Positions 62,716 to 64,000 of a stretch of DNA of 64,000 nucleotides are shown here, one piece after another. Within the stretch, counting starts at the first letter, position 1. Each line of letters begins with the position of its first letter. A program made the position numbers and the translations under genes. The notes beneath the pieces were generated by a model that was not told the origin of the DNA, did no database searches, and saw nothing but the letters and a program-made list of their open reading frames with translations. The DNA is from Terriglobia bacterium (lineage in GTDB: Bacteria > Acidobacteriota > Terriglobia > 2-12-FULL-54-10): assembly GCA_963662495.2 (NCBI GenBank), contig CAXVYQ010000002.1, forward strand, positions 390,355-454,354, written 5' to 3'.

Positions 62716-64000
62716 TGATATTCAAGAAGGCCATCCCCCGCCGCACATTTTTGCGCGGGGTCGGGACAACGTTGGCATTGCCGCTGCTGGACTCGATGGT
62801 CCCGGCGTTCGCAGCGACAGGTGACACGGGAGTAAAACCGAAGCTTCGTCTCACAAATGTCTATGTTCCAAACGGGAGAATCATGGGTAGGTGGACACCG
62901 GCAACGGACGGCGCCGCTTACGAACTTACTCCGACTCTGGAACCACTAGCTCAATTTCAGGATCGATTTCTGGTGCTGAGCGGATTGAATATCAAGGCCG
63001 CTGATGCACGGCCCGGTGAAGGCGGGGGAGTCCATGGGCGCCCAGCAGGCGCGTACCTGACGGGCATTCACCCCAAGCCGCAGGGAGTGCTGGGGATCTC
63101 AATGGACCAGGTCGCTGCGAAGGAATTTGGAAAGCACACCCAACTGGGGTCGCTTGAACTAGGCCTGGACTCCAGCGACTATGTAGGCGGCGCTGACGGG
63201 AACTATAGTGCTTTTTACAGCAACACGATCTCATGGCGTAGTGGCACGACACCGCTTCCGATGGAGATTAACCCGCGCGCGGTATTCGAACGCATGTTCG
63301 GGGACAGTGATACCGCTGACCCGGAGGAGCGTCTTCGCCGAATCGAGAAGAACCGCAGCATTCTCGATTCGATTACCGAAGGTGTGAATCTCCTTTTAGG
63401 GGGAGGTGGTACGAGCGACCGCATCAAGCTCACCGAGTATCTCGACGCCATTCGTGATGTTGAGCGGCGCATCCAGGTAACTGAGAAGGTAGGTTCTTCT
63501 CCGGGACAAACCTCCTACGGGGAGCAGCCGGCAATGGAGCGGCCCGCGGGCATCCCCGCAGAGTATGCCGAGCATGCCAAATTAATGTTTGATTTGATGG
63601 TGCTGGCCTACCAGTCCGACATGACTCGCGTTATCACTTTCATGATGGGCCGAGACTCGACCGACCGGTCCCACCGCGAGATCGGAGTTGCTGATGGGCA
63701 CCACGCGCTGTCGCACCATAAAGAAATTCCCGAAACTATGGAGCAGGTGGCGAAGATCGACCTCCATCAAATTGAGCTGTTCGCGGATTTCCTAGAGAAG
63801 ATGCGATCCACGCCAGACGGCGATGGCTCCCTGCTGGATCATTCGATCATTATCTACGGCAGTAGCCTGAGCAACGGAAATTATCATTTTCACAACGATG
63901 TGCCAATCCTGTTAGTGGGTGGGAAAGCGGGCCAGATCAAGGGAGGACGTCACATTCGGTATCCAGGTCTGCCGTTGTCGAATCTGCACTTGGCAGTGCT
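62712..64000 (+). CDS. DUF1552-type protein with a twin-arginine signal (partial, runs off the right edge)
   Basis: My own translation gives MMIFKKAIPRRTFLRGVGTTLALPLLDSM..., then ...ISWRSGTTPLPMEINPRAVFERMFG, DRIKLTEYLDAIRDVERRI, and HHALSHH. The ATG overlaps the upstream stop (ATGA). It is not in the ORF track because no stop lies in the window. Confidence 0.75.
   Translation, partial: MMIFKKAIPRRTFLRGVGTTLALPLLDSMVPAFAATGDTGVKPKLRLTNVYVPNGRIMGRWTPATDGAAYELTPTLEPLAQFQDRFLVLSGLNIKAADARPGEGGGVHGRPAGAYLTGIHPKPQGVLGISMDQVAAKEFGKHTQLGSLELGLDSSDYVGGADGNYSAFYSNTISWRSGTTPLPMEINPRAVFERMFGDSDTADPEERLRRIEKNRSILDSITEGVNLLLGGGGTSDRIKLTEYLDAIRDVERRIQVTEKVGSSPGQTSYGEQPAMERPAGIPAEYAEHAKLMFDLMVLAYQSDMTRVITFMMGRDSTDRSHREIGVADGHHALSHHKEIPETMEQVAKIDLHQIELFADFLEKMRSTPDGDGSLLDHSIIIYGSSLSNGNYHFHNDVPILLVGGKAGQIKGGRHIRYPGLPLSNLHLAV

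Overview
This is a high-GC window that most likely comes from an Acidobacteria genome of the Solibacter/Bryobacter type. The supporting evidence is a TIGR03437-like 'Solibacter C-terminal' domain, TonB-dependent receptors with CarboxypepD_reg domains, a duplicated FtsX/ADOP-like permease and a DUF1592/DUF1552 pair. The window has three parts.

(i) 0-15 kb is an IS-saturated stretch next to tRNA-Val. It holds an IS1595 fragment, an IS5 element, two copies of an IS110-family element, and an IS3 element abutting a truncated inverted copy of itself. Between these lie a split queG, a radical SAM enzyme resembling tetraether lipid synthases, an amidase and an amidohydrolase.

(ii) 15-52 kb is a native-looking core. 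It contains a Fur/Dps-like pair, a CBM9/DUF5916 outer-membrane protein, a large NIDO/Soli_cterm surface protein and two TonB-dependent receptors, one of them 5'-truncated. It also contains eight secreted PQQ-like beta-propeller paralogs. A tight operon encodes a LuxE-like acyl-adenylating enzyme, a LuxC-like reductase, a GT4 glycosyltransferase and a MacB-type ABC exporter.

(iii) 52-64 kb is a lower-GC mosaic. It holds dus, an intact IS3 element, IS3 end relics, a decayed amidohydrolase, the third IS110-family copy, a PD40 pseudogene and DUF1592/DUF1552.

The most unusual signals are:
- the IS110-family element carries a roughly 435-nt ORF-poor, hairpin-rich tail 3' of the recombinase gene, a candidate bridge/seek RNA;
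- a 15-nt cassette swap sits inside a leader hairpin of otherwise near-identical copies;
- one IS110 copy is inserted in the loop of a perfect 11-bp palindrome;
- the LuxE/LuxC-GT4-MacB operon is embedded in the beta-propeller paralog array.

All functional calls come from reading the translated motifs by eye; no database search was run.
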